Of a stretch of 36,862 nt of DNA, positions 1-8,675 are shown one piece after another. Each line of letters opens with the position of its first letter. Position 1 is the stretch's first letter. This stretch comes from a virus (taxonomy: Duplodnaviria > Caudoviricetes), in the IMG/VR virus record IMGVR_UViG_3300037991_002155, positions 1 through 36,862 of that record; one strand, written 5' to 3'. Below the pieces are notes generated by a model. The model searched no databases. It was not told the DNA's origin and saw only the letters and a program-made list of their open reading frames with translations. The translations under genes and the position numbers were made by a program.

Positions 1-2
1 GC

Positions 3-44
3 GCAATTCAAAAAGGCGCAGCGTGGGCTAAATGGTTAATGTGA
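3..44 (+). CDS. 3' end of an upstream gene (partial, ...AIQKGAAWAKWLM*)
   Basis: Open frame from the window edge to TGA at 42-44, just before the GGTGA RBS of the next gene. Frame choice is a guess. Confidence 0.35.
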   Translation, partial: AIQKGAAWAKWLM

Positions 45-54
45 AGGTGATTCT

Positions 55-1908
55 TTGGTAAAAATAGAAGTAGTTTTTGGAGATACTCCTACTACTATTA
101 CATGGACTGAGCCTATCGCTAAAAAAAAGATGGCTGAATTTATATTCTTTGATTATTTAAACCCTAATAAATATACTAGAAAAGAACAGGAACTTATTAG
201 TAGATTTAATAGAATTTATAATCCTAAAAAAGTAGCAAAAAACAGTAAGGGAATAGAGGGATTTACTAAAACTGAATATAAAAAAATATTTAATTCAGCC
301 CTCTCTTACATACAAAATAATAAATTAGAAAAAATAATAGAAGAATTTAATTTAGAATTAGATGAAAAAACGACTTCTTTCATCGAAGAAGATAAAGGAA
401 AAGAAGTTATTGATGAAAAACTAAGTGATTTGAATACTAATGTTCTCTCAAGAATATATGAACAAGAAGAAGTTTCTAAGAAAGCAGAGAGAGGACTAGA
501 GTTAGGATTAACAGAAAATGAAGCGAAGGATTATTTTTTAGATAAAATACAGGTTCAAGTTGGCGGAGAAGAATACGAAGTAGAAACTGCCGGAAAAAAA
601 GAGAAAAAAATGTCTAAAAAACCTATTAATACCAAAGAATATATTATTGATGGGCGAAGATTGTTTAGTGATGATGATAATGTCAAACTTAAAAAATTAA
701 AAGAACTAGGATTTAGGCAAATTGGAATTGCTAAAAAACAAGATAAAGCGGGCAAATCTCTTCTTGCTGGGAACGAAGGTAGAATAAGTTTGGGAGAATC
801 ACAAGATATGTATTCTCCTATTATAGAAAGAGATAAAGATGGGAAGCCAATAATACAATCGGGCAAATATAAGATAGGAGAAGATAGGTCATATAAATTT
901 CAAAAAGTTCCTTTTGGTAATGAAAAAACAGGTGAAGAACTTAAGACTGTTAGTGATGCACTTATGATTAAGTTCGGTGCTGAATGGGAAAAGAAAAATA
1001 AAGACGGATTAGTAAAAGAATATGAAGCCCTTACTAAGCCTATCAAAAAACTAAAACCAATTATTGATAAATATAGAACTTTTTTGATGCGTGAGATTCA
1101 AGAAAAATATGAAGGCGAAGATTTAGAAATGGGAGAACTTAAAGAAGAGTATAAAAAATACTCCAAAGGAAGCGAAACTTTAGGAGAAGATTATACTATT
1201 AACATTGGTGGTGAAACTAAATCAATAACAGAAGCAATAGTGGACTCATTCATGCTTATAGATAATAAGGCACTTGATAGAGATGCTTTGATGGCGCAAT
1301 ATGAAAGACATAGCGATATTCTTAAACTAATAGAAATGATAGGAAATAAAAAACCTTATTCTTTCATTTCTAGTTTAATAAAACCTACTGATTATAGAGT
1401 AGATGTAAGGCAGGGAGACACTTCTTTTGTCACAGATAGAATGAAAGAAATACAAAAAGCAAAAACAGAATATGCTAAAGATGAATTAGACGATTTTGAG
1501 GATAAAAATCCATTGTCTGAAGAAATAGACTTAGAAAGAACAAGACTAGCAGATAAAAAAATTGAAAAACATGCAAGAGATATGTTTGAAGATAAAAGCA
1601 AAGTAATAGATTATTTTATTAATCAACTTACAGATTTAAAACACATCTATTATATTAAAGTCACAATCGAGAAAATTCCACCTAAAAAAGAAGAAGGCAG
1701 CCCAACCTATGCTATACGCTCCAATAAGAAACATGGTAAATCCGAAATGCTTAAGCAAAGGATATTAATTAACAGAAAATATAGTAGTGCCACTACTACT
1801 GTTGTAGATAAAACTAAGACTAATTATAAAACTATAGCGGCTGCTAATAATATAATAAACGAACTTAAAAGAAATATAACTTTATTAAAGAACATAGGAA
1901 GTGCATGA
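55..1908 (+). CDS. Hypothetical Lys/Glu-rich protein (617 aa) at the head/neck end of the structural module
   Basis: Long ORF with TTG start preceded by GAAGGTGA. No motif recognised. Confidence 0.75.
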   Translation: MVKIEVVFGDTPTTITWTEPIAKKKMAEFIFFDYLNPNKYTRKEQELISRFNRIYNPKKVAKNSKGIEGFTKTEYKKIFNSALSYIQNNKLEKIIEEFNLELDEKTTSFIEEDKGKEVIDEKLSDLNTNVLSRIYEQEEVSKKAERGLELGLTENEAKDYFLDKIQVQVGGEEYEVETAGKKEKKMSKKPINTKEYIIDGRRLFSDDDNVKLKKLKELGFRQIGIAKKQDKAGKSLLAGNEGRISLGESQDMYSPIIERDKDGKPIIQSGKYKIGEDRSYKFQKVPFGNEKTGEELKTVSDALMIKFGAEWEKKNKDGLVKEYEALTKPIKKLKPIIDKYRTFLMREIQEKYEGEDLEMGELKEEYKKYSKGSETLGEDYTINIGGETKSITEAIVDSFMLIDNKALDRDALMAQYERHSDILKLIEMIGNKKPYSFISSLIKPTDYRVDVRQGDTSFVTDRMKEIQKAKTEYAKDELDDFEDKNPLSEEIDLERTRLADKKIEKHARDMFEDKSKVIDYFINQLTDLKHIYYIKVTIEKIPPKKEEGSPTYAIRSNKKHGKSEMLKQRILINRKYSSATTTVVDKTKTNYKTIAAANNIINELKRNITLLKNIGSA

Positions 1909-1909
1909 C

Positions 1910-3028
1910 ATGGCAATAGCATCATCCCCAAGCGACTATACATCTATTGATGTTGATTATTCAACAGGTAAAGGATATTATACAGATAAAGATGCAGTAT
2001 CGGATATGTTACAAGTCCCTGCATTTTCATCTTCTACTTATCCTAGTCAAGCCCAAGTCGGTAAAATTATAAAAAACATAGAAGGTATAGTTGATGATAA
2101 AGTAAAGAGGTCATACAGACCTATTATTCATAAAGACGAGTTCCATGATTTTGAATTTGTTAGACACCCAATGCAAGCATACTATGGCGGCTATGTTGGA
2201 TTTATACAATTAGCCACAATGAAATTAAAGAAAGTAATATCCTTGAAAGTTTGGCAAGGAAATAGTTATCAAGAGTTGGCTTCGGCTCAAGCAAGCGTCA
2301 CACTAAACCCCGATAGTTTTCAACATCTTAGAAAAATAACTCTACAACTTCCTAATAGTGGCGATACCTTTGAGTTGTTTTTTCAAGGGGAAGGAACTAT
2401 GTCGGCTCATAATACATTCGACAGTAGATTTGGAGCAAAGACAACTGCAAGGGATATTTGCCACTTAATTAATGAAGAGTTTCCTGCGAATACTGCTCAA
2501 TTTACAGGGGCTAATAGAGAAAAAGAAAGAACTTCTTCACCTAATAATTTAAGCATAAGTGATTTCTTTTATGCTTCTATTGACCCCGATAATGGATATA
2601 AGATTAATATTTCAAGTTTGTTAGCAGGAGAAGATGGTTCGGGATGCACAATAACACTTACAGATAAAGCAGGTCAAGATTCACAATCAACTTCGGAAGC
2701 ATTTACAGATATGCAAGACATGAAAAGATTGGGTAGTTTTTGGAGTATTAAAGATGATGGAAGAATATTTTTCCTAAGAGATTATCCATATCATACTCAA
2801 AACTCAATCATAATAACTTATGTTGCGGGTTCTTCAAGAGTTCCTTCGGCTATACATAAAGCAACTACAATGTTAGTCGCCGCCGAATTACTAAGACACG
2901 ACGACCAAACTATTATGATTGCTGAAACAGGCGGTAATATTTCAACTAAAGAAAAGTATGACATTTTAACAAAAGAGGCTATGGACATACTGAAAGGAAA
3001 GGGTGATTTAGTTTATTTAATTGAGTGA
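1910..3028 (+). CDS. Putative head-tail adaptor/connector (gp6/gp15-like) with a large insertion
   Basis: N-terminal YYTDKDAVSDML and C-terminal ITYVAGSSRVPSAIHKATTMLVAAELL resemble the Y-x-aG...vP..i..A pattern of adaptors; located before the tail genes. ATG 1910 preferred over GTG 1901. Confidence 0.6.
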   Translation: MAIASSPSDYTSIDVDYSTGKGYYTDKDAVSDMLQVPAFSSSTYPSQAQVGKIIKNIEGIVDDKVKRSYRPIIHKDEFHDFEFVRHPMQAYYGGYVGFIQLATMKLKKVISLKVWQGNSYQELASAQASVTLNPDSFQHLRKITLQLPNSGDTFELFFQGEGTMSAHNTFDSRFGAKTTARDICHLINEEFPANTAQFTGANREKERTSSPNNLSISDFFYASIDPDNGYKINISSLLAGEDGSGCTITLTDKAGQDSQSTSEAFTDMQDMKRLGSFWSIKDDGRIFFLRDYPYHTQNSIIITYVAGSSRVPSAIHKATTMLVAAELLRHDDQTIMIAETGGNISTKEKYDILTKEAMDILKGKGDLVYLIE

Positions 3029-3231
3029 TTTCTATGCAAGAGATTAGCCTTTTTAAAAAATTTTTAGAAATAGAAATGGAAAGACAAAAGGCTATGCAGG
3101 AATTATCGGAAGTATTAGGAATTGATGTATCGTTTAGCAATAAAGAAATGATAAAGAACGCACAAGAAAATTTTAGCAGGGCAATATCTCAAAAAATAAG
3201 TGATGATTTTAAAAAAGCATTGAGGCGATAA
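3025..3231 (+). CDS. Small hypothetical protein in the neck region
   Basis: Fills the gap between adaptor and next gene. Start could be ATG 3034. Confidence 0.6.
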   Translation: MISMQEISLFKKFLEIEMERQKAMQELSEVLGIDVSFSNKEMIKNAQENFSRAISQKISDDFKKALRR

Positions 3232-3232
3232 T

Positions 3233-3742
3233 GTGGATGAAGTAAGTTTACTCATAGATTTAGTCTCTACTAATTGGAGTTCTTCTGTTACAACATTAAT
3301 TAGTGAAGGAAAAATAACTGCCGACCATGCAGGAACTCCTAACTTTGTTGATGTTAGAACATTAGATAAGAACAGAGGAGTTAGATATGATTTAACGGCG
3401 AAAGATGTTATAGTATTCTTTGAAGACTCTCAAAATATAGAATACCCAACAGTTCATTTTGATGTAAGAAATGAAACCTATTCATTTACAATGCACATGA
3501 GAACCATACATGATGAAAGAGCCGGAACAGATGCTAGTTTTGGAAAAGATAGGCTAAAGGCTTTATACTTGATAGCCCGTCATACGCTTGAGCGAGGTCG
3601 TAAGGGATATACTGCAAGTGATGGTTCTAAGTTTAATCAAGTGTTTGTAGGTTCAAGAAGCGAGAGCAACGATAGAGCAAAGAGGTTATTCGGATATAAA
3701 TTAACAGTAGAAGCAAAACGATTCGCATTAAGTATTCCCTAG
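3233..3742 (+). CDS. Putative tail terminator/tail completion protein
   Basis: 169 aa, immediately upstream of the tail tube gene. Assignment is by synteny and size. Confidence 0.5.
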   Translation: MDEVSLLIDLVSTNWSSSVTTLISEGKITADHAGTPNFVDVRTLDKNRGVRYDLTAKDVIVFFEDSQNIEYPTVHFDVRNETYSFTMHMRTIHDERAGTDASFGKDRLKALYLIARHTLERGRKGYTASDGSKFNQVFVGSRSESNDRAKRLFGYKLTVEAKRFALSIP

Positions 3743-3771
3743 TAAGTAAGTAAAGGAGAGGGGAGATAAGC

Positions 3772-5412
3772 ATGACAACAGAAGACATATTTTTAGGAAG
3801 CCAAGCAAGTTTAACATTAGTGCCGGAAGTAGATTTATACATACCGATTAATCATAGCAATAGCAACTATACATCATTGGAAGCGCACAACGATTGGGAA
3901 GCACATTTCTTAATGGTAAATAATCTCTATGTTGGTTGTATTGTTGAGTTTTATGACGCTGATGCTACAAACGGCACTACTGTTCCCCAATCAACACATA
4001 CTATCACAAGTAATACTGCTAATACTATTGTTATTACCCCTGCTATTTCTAGCGACATTACTTTAGCCAATGGAGATTTTATTCACATTAGAGGATATGG
4101 TGCGCCTTGTGTTGGCTTATATTCGGGTTCAACTAAAAGACTAAACGCTGATAACTGGCTAGGTCTATTAGAGACAGGAACTTTCCCTAATGTTGAAGTA
4201 GAAATGAAACAACTCAACCTATCTTTGGGTGGCTCAAGAAACTTTACTCATCAATACAAAGGTATCGAAACTGCTAGTGGAGGTAATTTAGCATTGGTGG
4301 CTAATCACGGAGCATTCTTATATTATGCTCTAGGAAAATGCACAGAAATTACCGCTACTTTTGAAGCAAATAGCCCTGCTAACAAATTAACCGGACACGG
4401 TGCAAATACATCACAAGACGATAGAAGAAATGTTTACCTTGATACATCGGGAGGTAATGCACAGGCCGACCATTTAGTGACTTCTTCTGAGTTTTTAGAA
4501 CAAGGGCCAATTTTCTATAAAACTGCAAGGGGAACAAATACCTTAGTTCCTCCTTTACTTCATGGTTTTGATTTGAATAGTAATTTGGAATTATTAGATA
4601 GAACAACTTCAAGTGCAACCAATCTAGCAAATCCTATTACATATAAGTTTGAAGAGGCAAATGGAGAAAAACTACCTTCCTTTGCCTTAGAACAAACTAT
4701 GGCTAAGTCTAGCACATTAACTACTAATACTGCTAGTGCTTCGGAAGACACAACCTTTGTTAGAATTGCTAGAGGTAATAGAGTAAATACTCTTACAATG
4801 ACCGCTAATGAAAATGAAGAAGTTAAAATGACTCTTGATTTAAATACAAGGGCCGTTCAAAGTTTAGACCAAGATGAAAATTATGAAGCAAGAGGCGGTA
4901 TAACAGATAATAGACAATTATTTAATTTTGAACAGGCTAATAATACTAGCACAACAGACTTTGATGCTGAATTTTTAGAACCGTTTTTCTTTTCAAGTGG
5001 ATTATTTAGCATCTTTGGACAACAATTTTTGAAGGTCACAAACTTAACATTGACTATTAACAACAATCTACAAGATAAAAGATTCATCGGTGTTGGTAAT
5101 AAATCAATCAAAGAAGCAATACCGGCACAAAGAACATATGAAGTTTCTTTTACTGCTATGGTAACAGATGATAAGTTATTTGAAGAATTGTTAAATCAAA
5201 CAGAAGTTGGAGATACCTCGACAACTCTCCTTACTTTACAATTCGATAAAGCAAACGGGGAACAAATACTAATGAAGTTCCAAGACTATTACTTGAGTGC
5301 GTCTAACTTTACCATACCCGATGATAAAGGGCCAATTACAGTAGAAGGAACAGTTATGCCAAGAACATTAAATTCATGCACAGTCAAAACTCATTGGGTC
5401 TTACAGGGGTGA
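3772..5412 (+). CDS. Major tail tube protein (546 aa, with insertions)
   Basis: Strong RBS (GGAGAGGGGGAG). C-terminal tube-like pattern LTLTINNNL..RFIG...PAQRTYEVSFTAMV...DDKGPITVEGTV. Followed by chaperones and tape measure. Confidence 0.75.
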   Translation: MTTEDIFLGSQASLTLVPEVDLYIPINHSNSNYTSLEAHNDWEAHFLMVNNLYVGCIVEFYDADATNGTTVPQSTHTITSNTANTIVITPAISSDITLANGDFIHIRGYGAPCVGLYSGSTKRLNADNWLGLLETGTFPNVEVEMKQLNLSLGGSRNFTHQYKGIETASGGNLALVANHGAFLYYALGKCTEITATFEANSPANKLTGHGANTSQDDRRNVYLDTSGGNAQADHLVTSSEFLEQGPIFYKTARGTNTLVPPLLHGFDLNSNLELLDRTTSSATNLANPITYKFEEANGEKLPSFALEQTMAKSSTLTTNTASASEDTTFVRIARGNRVNTLTMTANENEEVKMTLDLNTRAVQSLDQDENYEARGGITDNRQLFNFEQANNTSTTDFDAEFLEPFFFSSGLFSIFGQQFLKVTNLTLTINNNLQDKRFIGVGNKSIKEAIPAQRTYEVSFTAMVTDDKLFEELLNQTEVGDTSTTLLTLQFDKANGEQILMKFQDYYLSASNFTIPDDKGPITVEGTVMPRTLNSCTVKTHWVLQG

Positions 5413-5416
5413 TTAA

Positions 5417-5542
5417 ATGGTTTCTAAAGAAGAAAAAGGAAAATTAGTCGCTGAAAGAGAGAAAAAGACAAAAGCCCAACAAAAGGCTGATGCTAGAAAG
5501 AAGGCTAAGGAGGAGAAAAAGAAAACTCCAATAGCCAAGTAA
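5417..5542 (+). CDS. Unannotated 41-aa very basic peptide (MVSKEEKGKLVAEREKKTKAQQKADARKKAKEEKKKTPIAK)
   Basis: Translated by hand; ATG follows GGGGTGA, which overlaps the tube stop; TAA at 5540-5542. Confidence 0.6.
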   Translation: MVSKEEKGKLVAEREKKTKAQQKADARKKAKEEKKKTPIAK

Positions 5543-5550
5543 TTATAAAT

Positions 5551-5592
5551 TCCACCAACACCGTTTGTTTGTTTGTTGGTTTTGAAGGTGGA
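5551..5592 (+). promoter_or_regulatory. Hairpin/terminator-like element overlapping the chaperone RBS
   Basis: ACCAACA (5554-5560) pairs with TGTTGGT (5574-5580), followed by a T run. Alternatively TCCACC (5551-5556) pairs with GGTGGA (5587-5592). Confidence 0.45.
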
Positions 5593-5596
5593 TAAT

Positions 5597-5962
5597 ATGA
5601 CTGAAAAGAAAGTAATAAAAGATAAGAATGTGCTATTTGCACTACAAGAGCCTACGCTACACTATGTTAAAGTAGCACCCGACCAAGAAGAATATCTACA
5701 AGTGTGGGTTAAAGAACCTACATGGCTAGAGGCTGAAAAAGCCATGAATAGTGTTATGAAAATAGATGCTAGAACGCAAAATGTAGATATTGATATAAAT
5801 GCCATGTATCGTTATATGGTAGAGAATTTTATATCTAAAACTGAACCCTCACTCTCAACACTTGATATGCTAAGGTTAAGTCCTTATATTGGTAATCAAT
5901 TAAAAGAAATCCTACCTAATCCTATGAATGTTTTACAGGAGGATGAAGAAAAAAACGAATGA
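5597..5962 (+). CDS. Tail assembly chaperone (lambda gpG-like position)
   Basis: Between tube and tape measure; ATG 5597 follows AAGGTGGA; ends with slippery A AAA AAC. Confidence 0.7.
   Translation: MTEKKVIKDKNVLFALQEPTLHYVKVAPDQEEYLQVWVKEPTWLEAEKAMNSVMKIDARTQNVDIDINAMYRYMVENFISKTEPSLSTLDMLRLSPYIGNQLKEILPNPMNVLQEDEEKNE
5950..5956 (+). other. Candidate programmed -1 frameshift heptamer A AAA AAC
   Basis: X XXY YYZ pattern in the correct phase; the -1 frame reads AAA AAA CGA ATG into ORF 5959-6171 without a stop. Confidence 0.6.
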
Positions 5963-6171
5963 TTGAGAATGCTATTAGGGGAAGAAAGAGTAATCCCGAA
6001 ACAGTATTCTTAATTATGACTTATACATTGGCTTCGGCTCTATCTATAAGTCCATTAGAAATTTATAAAATGCCATCAAGTTTAGTGATGGATTTATTAT
6101 TAGTCCATTTTAATATGGAAAAGATTAAACACGAAGAGTTAGACAAAGCAAAAAAGAACGCAGGTAGATAA
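5959..6171 (+). CDS. Tail assembly chaperone C-terminal part (gpT-like)
   Basis: In the -1 frame relative to the upstream chaperone; LSISPLEIYKMP resembles GT-type C-terminal segments; abuts tape measure. Confidence 0.65.
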   Translation: MIENAIRGRKSNPETVFLIMTYTLASALSISPLEIYKMPSSLVMDLLLVHFNMEKIKHEELDKAKKNAGR

Positions 6172-6172
6172 C

Positions 6173-7951
6173 ATGGCCGACGATGAGGTTCAAAAACTCG
6201 CAGGTAATCTTACTGATTTAAATAAGGTTACTTTAGATGCGGGAACTGAATTTCAAGGATTGGTTAAAAAGTTAATAAAAATGTCCGATGCCACTAGTAG
6301 GGCAGGTAAAAAATGGACTATCTTTTCAAGAATAGTATCGGGTAGTCCTATATGGAAAATACAAAATAAAGTTAGGGCTTTTATAGATGTTTTAGCGCAA
6401 GTAGAACAAAGCGCACAGGCTAATGCTAAGGCTGCGAAAGAACAGGAGCAAAGAGTTATAGATAGTGTTCAAGCATATCAAGCCCTAGAAAAACCCCTCG
6501 CTAATGCAATTTTACTACAACAACAACTTGCTACCGGAACTCAACTTCACAATGCTTTAAGACGAAAAGGAAATAAAGAACTAAAAGAAGCAATAAAAGG
6601 AACATACGCTTATAATTTAGCAATCTTGGAAGGAGATAAAGCAAATGTCGCCTATGAGAAAGGATTAGATGAATTGCTTAAAAAGGGAAAACAACAACAA
6701 GCGCAATTTAAGGTAGCACAAAAACAAGCGCAATTCAACAAAAGTATGAGAACTGCCGGAGGTAGGGCAGAAATAGAGAGTAAATTAGATGAAAGAGCAG
6801 AAGCCATGAAAGATTCTAGCCCTCTATTAACGCTACTTAGCAAAGATGGTAGGAAAGAAATCAAAGATGGTTTAATTGCATCTTACAAAGCAATAGAGTT
6901 TAGAAAAGCATTTAGTGGTGCTTTAGAAAAAACAAAGCAAGGCATTGACAAAATGGCTGCGACTAGCGGTAATGTTTTATCCGCTTTAAAAGATGGTGAT
7001 ATTAAAGGACTATATTTAACGATACAAGACTCTATAACTAAAAACGAGAAATTATCTAAATTAAGAATAAAATATAGAAATTTTATGATGGGAGTTGCTA
7101 GTTCGGCTAGGCCGGTATTAAATTATGCCTTTAAAGTTATGATAATGTTAATGTTAGGAATTGTAGCATTTATGGTTTTGGCTAAATTTATCTATGACTC
7201 ATTAGGGATATTAGAAGACATGGGAGTAATAAATGATATAATGGAAATAGGCTCATTAGTATTAGATAATATTATGTCAATATTTGGTATGATAGGTGCT
7301 TTATTATCGGGAGACATTTATACATTTTTAGATTATGCTTTGGGGATTGTTGATAATTTATTAATGATAGCGTGGGGGCTAGTCAAAGTTCTATTGAAAG
7401 GACTACTAGCATTAGCAATAGGGGTATTTTACACAACAATAGATATTATAGTTAGGTTTGTTAGTGGTCTTTTTGGTGGAGAAAACGCTGAATTTACTAG
7501 TGCCGTGTTTAAAATAGCAAAGAAGGCACTATTTATCTTCTTGGCAGCCTATGTAATAAAACAAATAGCAATTCAAATGCTAACAGTCGCAGCCATTTAT
7601 GCTATGCCTTTAATGATAGCAGTTGCAGTTGGGGCTTTTATTATGGCAGCCGTTAAATGGATGGCAGATAAAATCAATCCATTCGCTTCCGGCGGAGTCA
7701 CTAAAGAAGGACTATCTTTGGTTGGAGAAAAAGGGCCGGAATTAGTCACTTTACCAAAAGGCTCTAGAGTTCATAGTAATAGTGATAGTAAGAAAATGGT
7801 TGCTTCTAGCGGTTCAGTTGTTAATAACTTCAACATAACTGTAAATGCTAAAGACTTATCCGATGCTGAATTGAGAAGAGTGGCCAAGCAATTAGGTAAT
7901 GATATTTTCAAGAATATAAATAGAACTTCCACAGGAAGAGGATTTGTTTAA
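6173..7951 (+). CDS. Tail tape measure protein (592 aa)
   Basis: Helical Ala/Lys/Gln-rich N-half, hydrophobic central block, and typical C-terminal FASGGV...LVGEKGPELV.LP.GS.V motif; synteny. Confidence 0.85.
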   Translation: MADDEVQKLAGNLTDLNKVTLDAGTEFQGLVKKLIKMSDATSRAGKKWTIFSRIVSGSPIWKIQNKVRAFIDVLAQVEQSAQANAKAAKEQEQRVIDSVQAYQALEKPLANAILLQQQLATGTQLHNALRRKGNKELKEAIKGTYAYNLAILEGDKANVAYEKGLDELLKKGKQQQAQFKVAQKQAQFNKSMRTAGGRAEIESKLDERAEAMKDSSPLLTLLSKDGRKEIKDGLIASYKAIEFRKAFSGALEKTKQGIDKMAATSGNVLSALKDGDIKGLYLTIQDSITKNEKLSKLRIKYRNFMMGVASSARPVLNYAFKVMIMLMLGIVAFMVLAKFIYDSLGILEDMGVINDIMEIGSLVLDNIMSIFGMIGALLSGDIYTFLDYALGIVDNLLMIAWGLVKVLLKGLLALAIGVFYTTIDIIVRFVSGLFGGENAEFTSAVFKIAKKALFIFLAAYVIKQIAIQMLTVAAIYAMPLMIAVAVGAFIMAAVKWMADKINPFASGGVTKEGLSLVGEKGPELVTLPKGSRVHSNSDSKKMVASSGSVVNNFNITVNAKDLSDAELRRVAKQLGNDIFKNINRTSTGRGFV

Positions 7952-7962
7952 GGTGATTTAAA

Positions 7963-8667
7963 ATGACTACATATGTATATCTAAAACTGCAAAGTAATAC
8001 TGATAATAGCGATACGATAAATGTTATTCCACTAAAGGCTAATTCAGTTTCTATATCAGTAAGTAAAACTATACCTTCTTTTCCTGTTCCTCTATCCGGT
8101 GTCGCTACGGGGGAATCTATAACCGCAGCCTTAGATTTAGGAATGGCTCAAAAAACAATATCGGTTCAAGGTGTCATATTAGATGAAATGATTTCAAAGA
8201 CAATTGATAATGAAACAGTTAGCAGAAAATTTACTGCACATGAAATTGCTCAAATGATTGCATCGGGCGTTGATTCAACAGGGTTTGCTAAGAACCAAGC
8301 AATAAATGAATTAATTGTCAAAATACCTTCTTTGGTTGCTAGTGATTATAATTACATTGGAACTTGTAGTAATTCAGCGTATTTCAATAAGACGGATTGT
8401 GAAGCCAATGGTGGAACTTGGACTGTTACGGTAGATGATAATAGCACTAGAGAAAATGGAAGAAATATCCCTTTTACATTTGCTTCAAGAGGAGACAATG
8501 ATGAATTAGATAATTTAGGAGTTCCTGCAAAAATATCTTCATTCCCCGACAAAGATACAGACACAGGATTAACAGGATTCATTAGAAGTTTTAGTTGCGA
8601 TATAAGCGGAGAAACCTATGAATTATCTTTTAGTTTAGAATTTGAAACTGCGGTTATTGTTCCATAG
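7963..8667 (+). CDS. Putative distal tail/baseplate hub protein
   Basis: Directly after tape measure, AAGGTGA RBS, beta-rich with LDLGMAQKTISVQGVI and GFIRSFSCDISG..YELSFSLEF segments. Confidence 0.55.
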   Translation: MTTYVYLKLQSNTDNSDTINVIPLKANSVSISVSKTIPSFPVPLSGVATGESITAALDLGMAQKTISVQGVILDEMISKTIDNETVSRKFTAHEIAQMIASGVDSTGFAKNQAINELIVKIPSLVASDYNYIGTCSNSAYFNKTDCEANGGTWTVTVDDNSTRENGRNIPFTFASRGDNDELDNLGVPAKISSFPDKDTDTGLTGFIRSFSCDISGETYELSFSLEFETAVIVP

Positions 8668-8675
8668 GTGATAGC

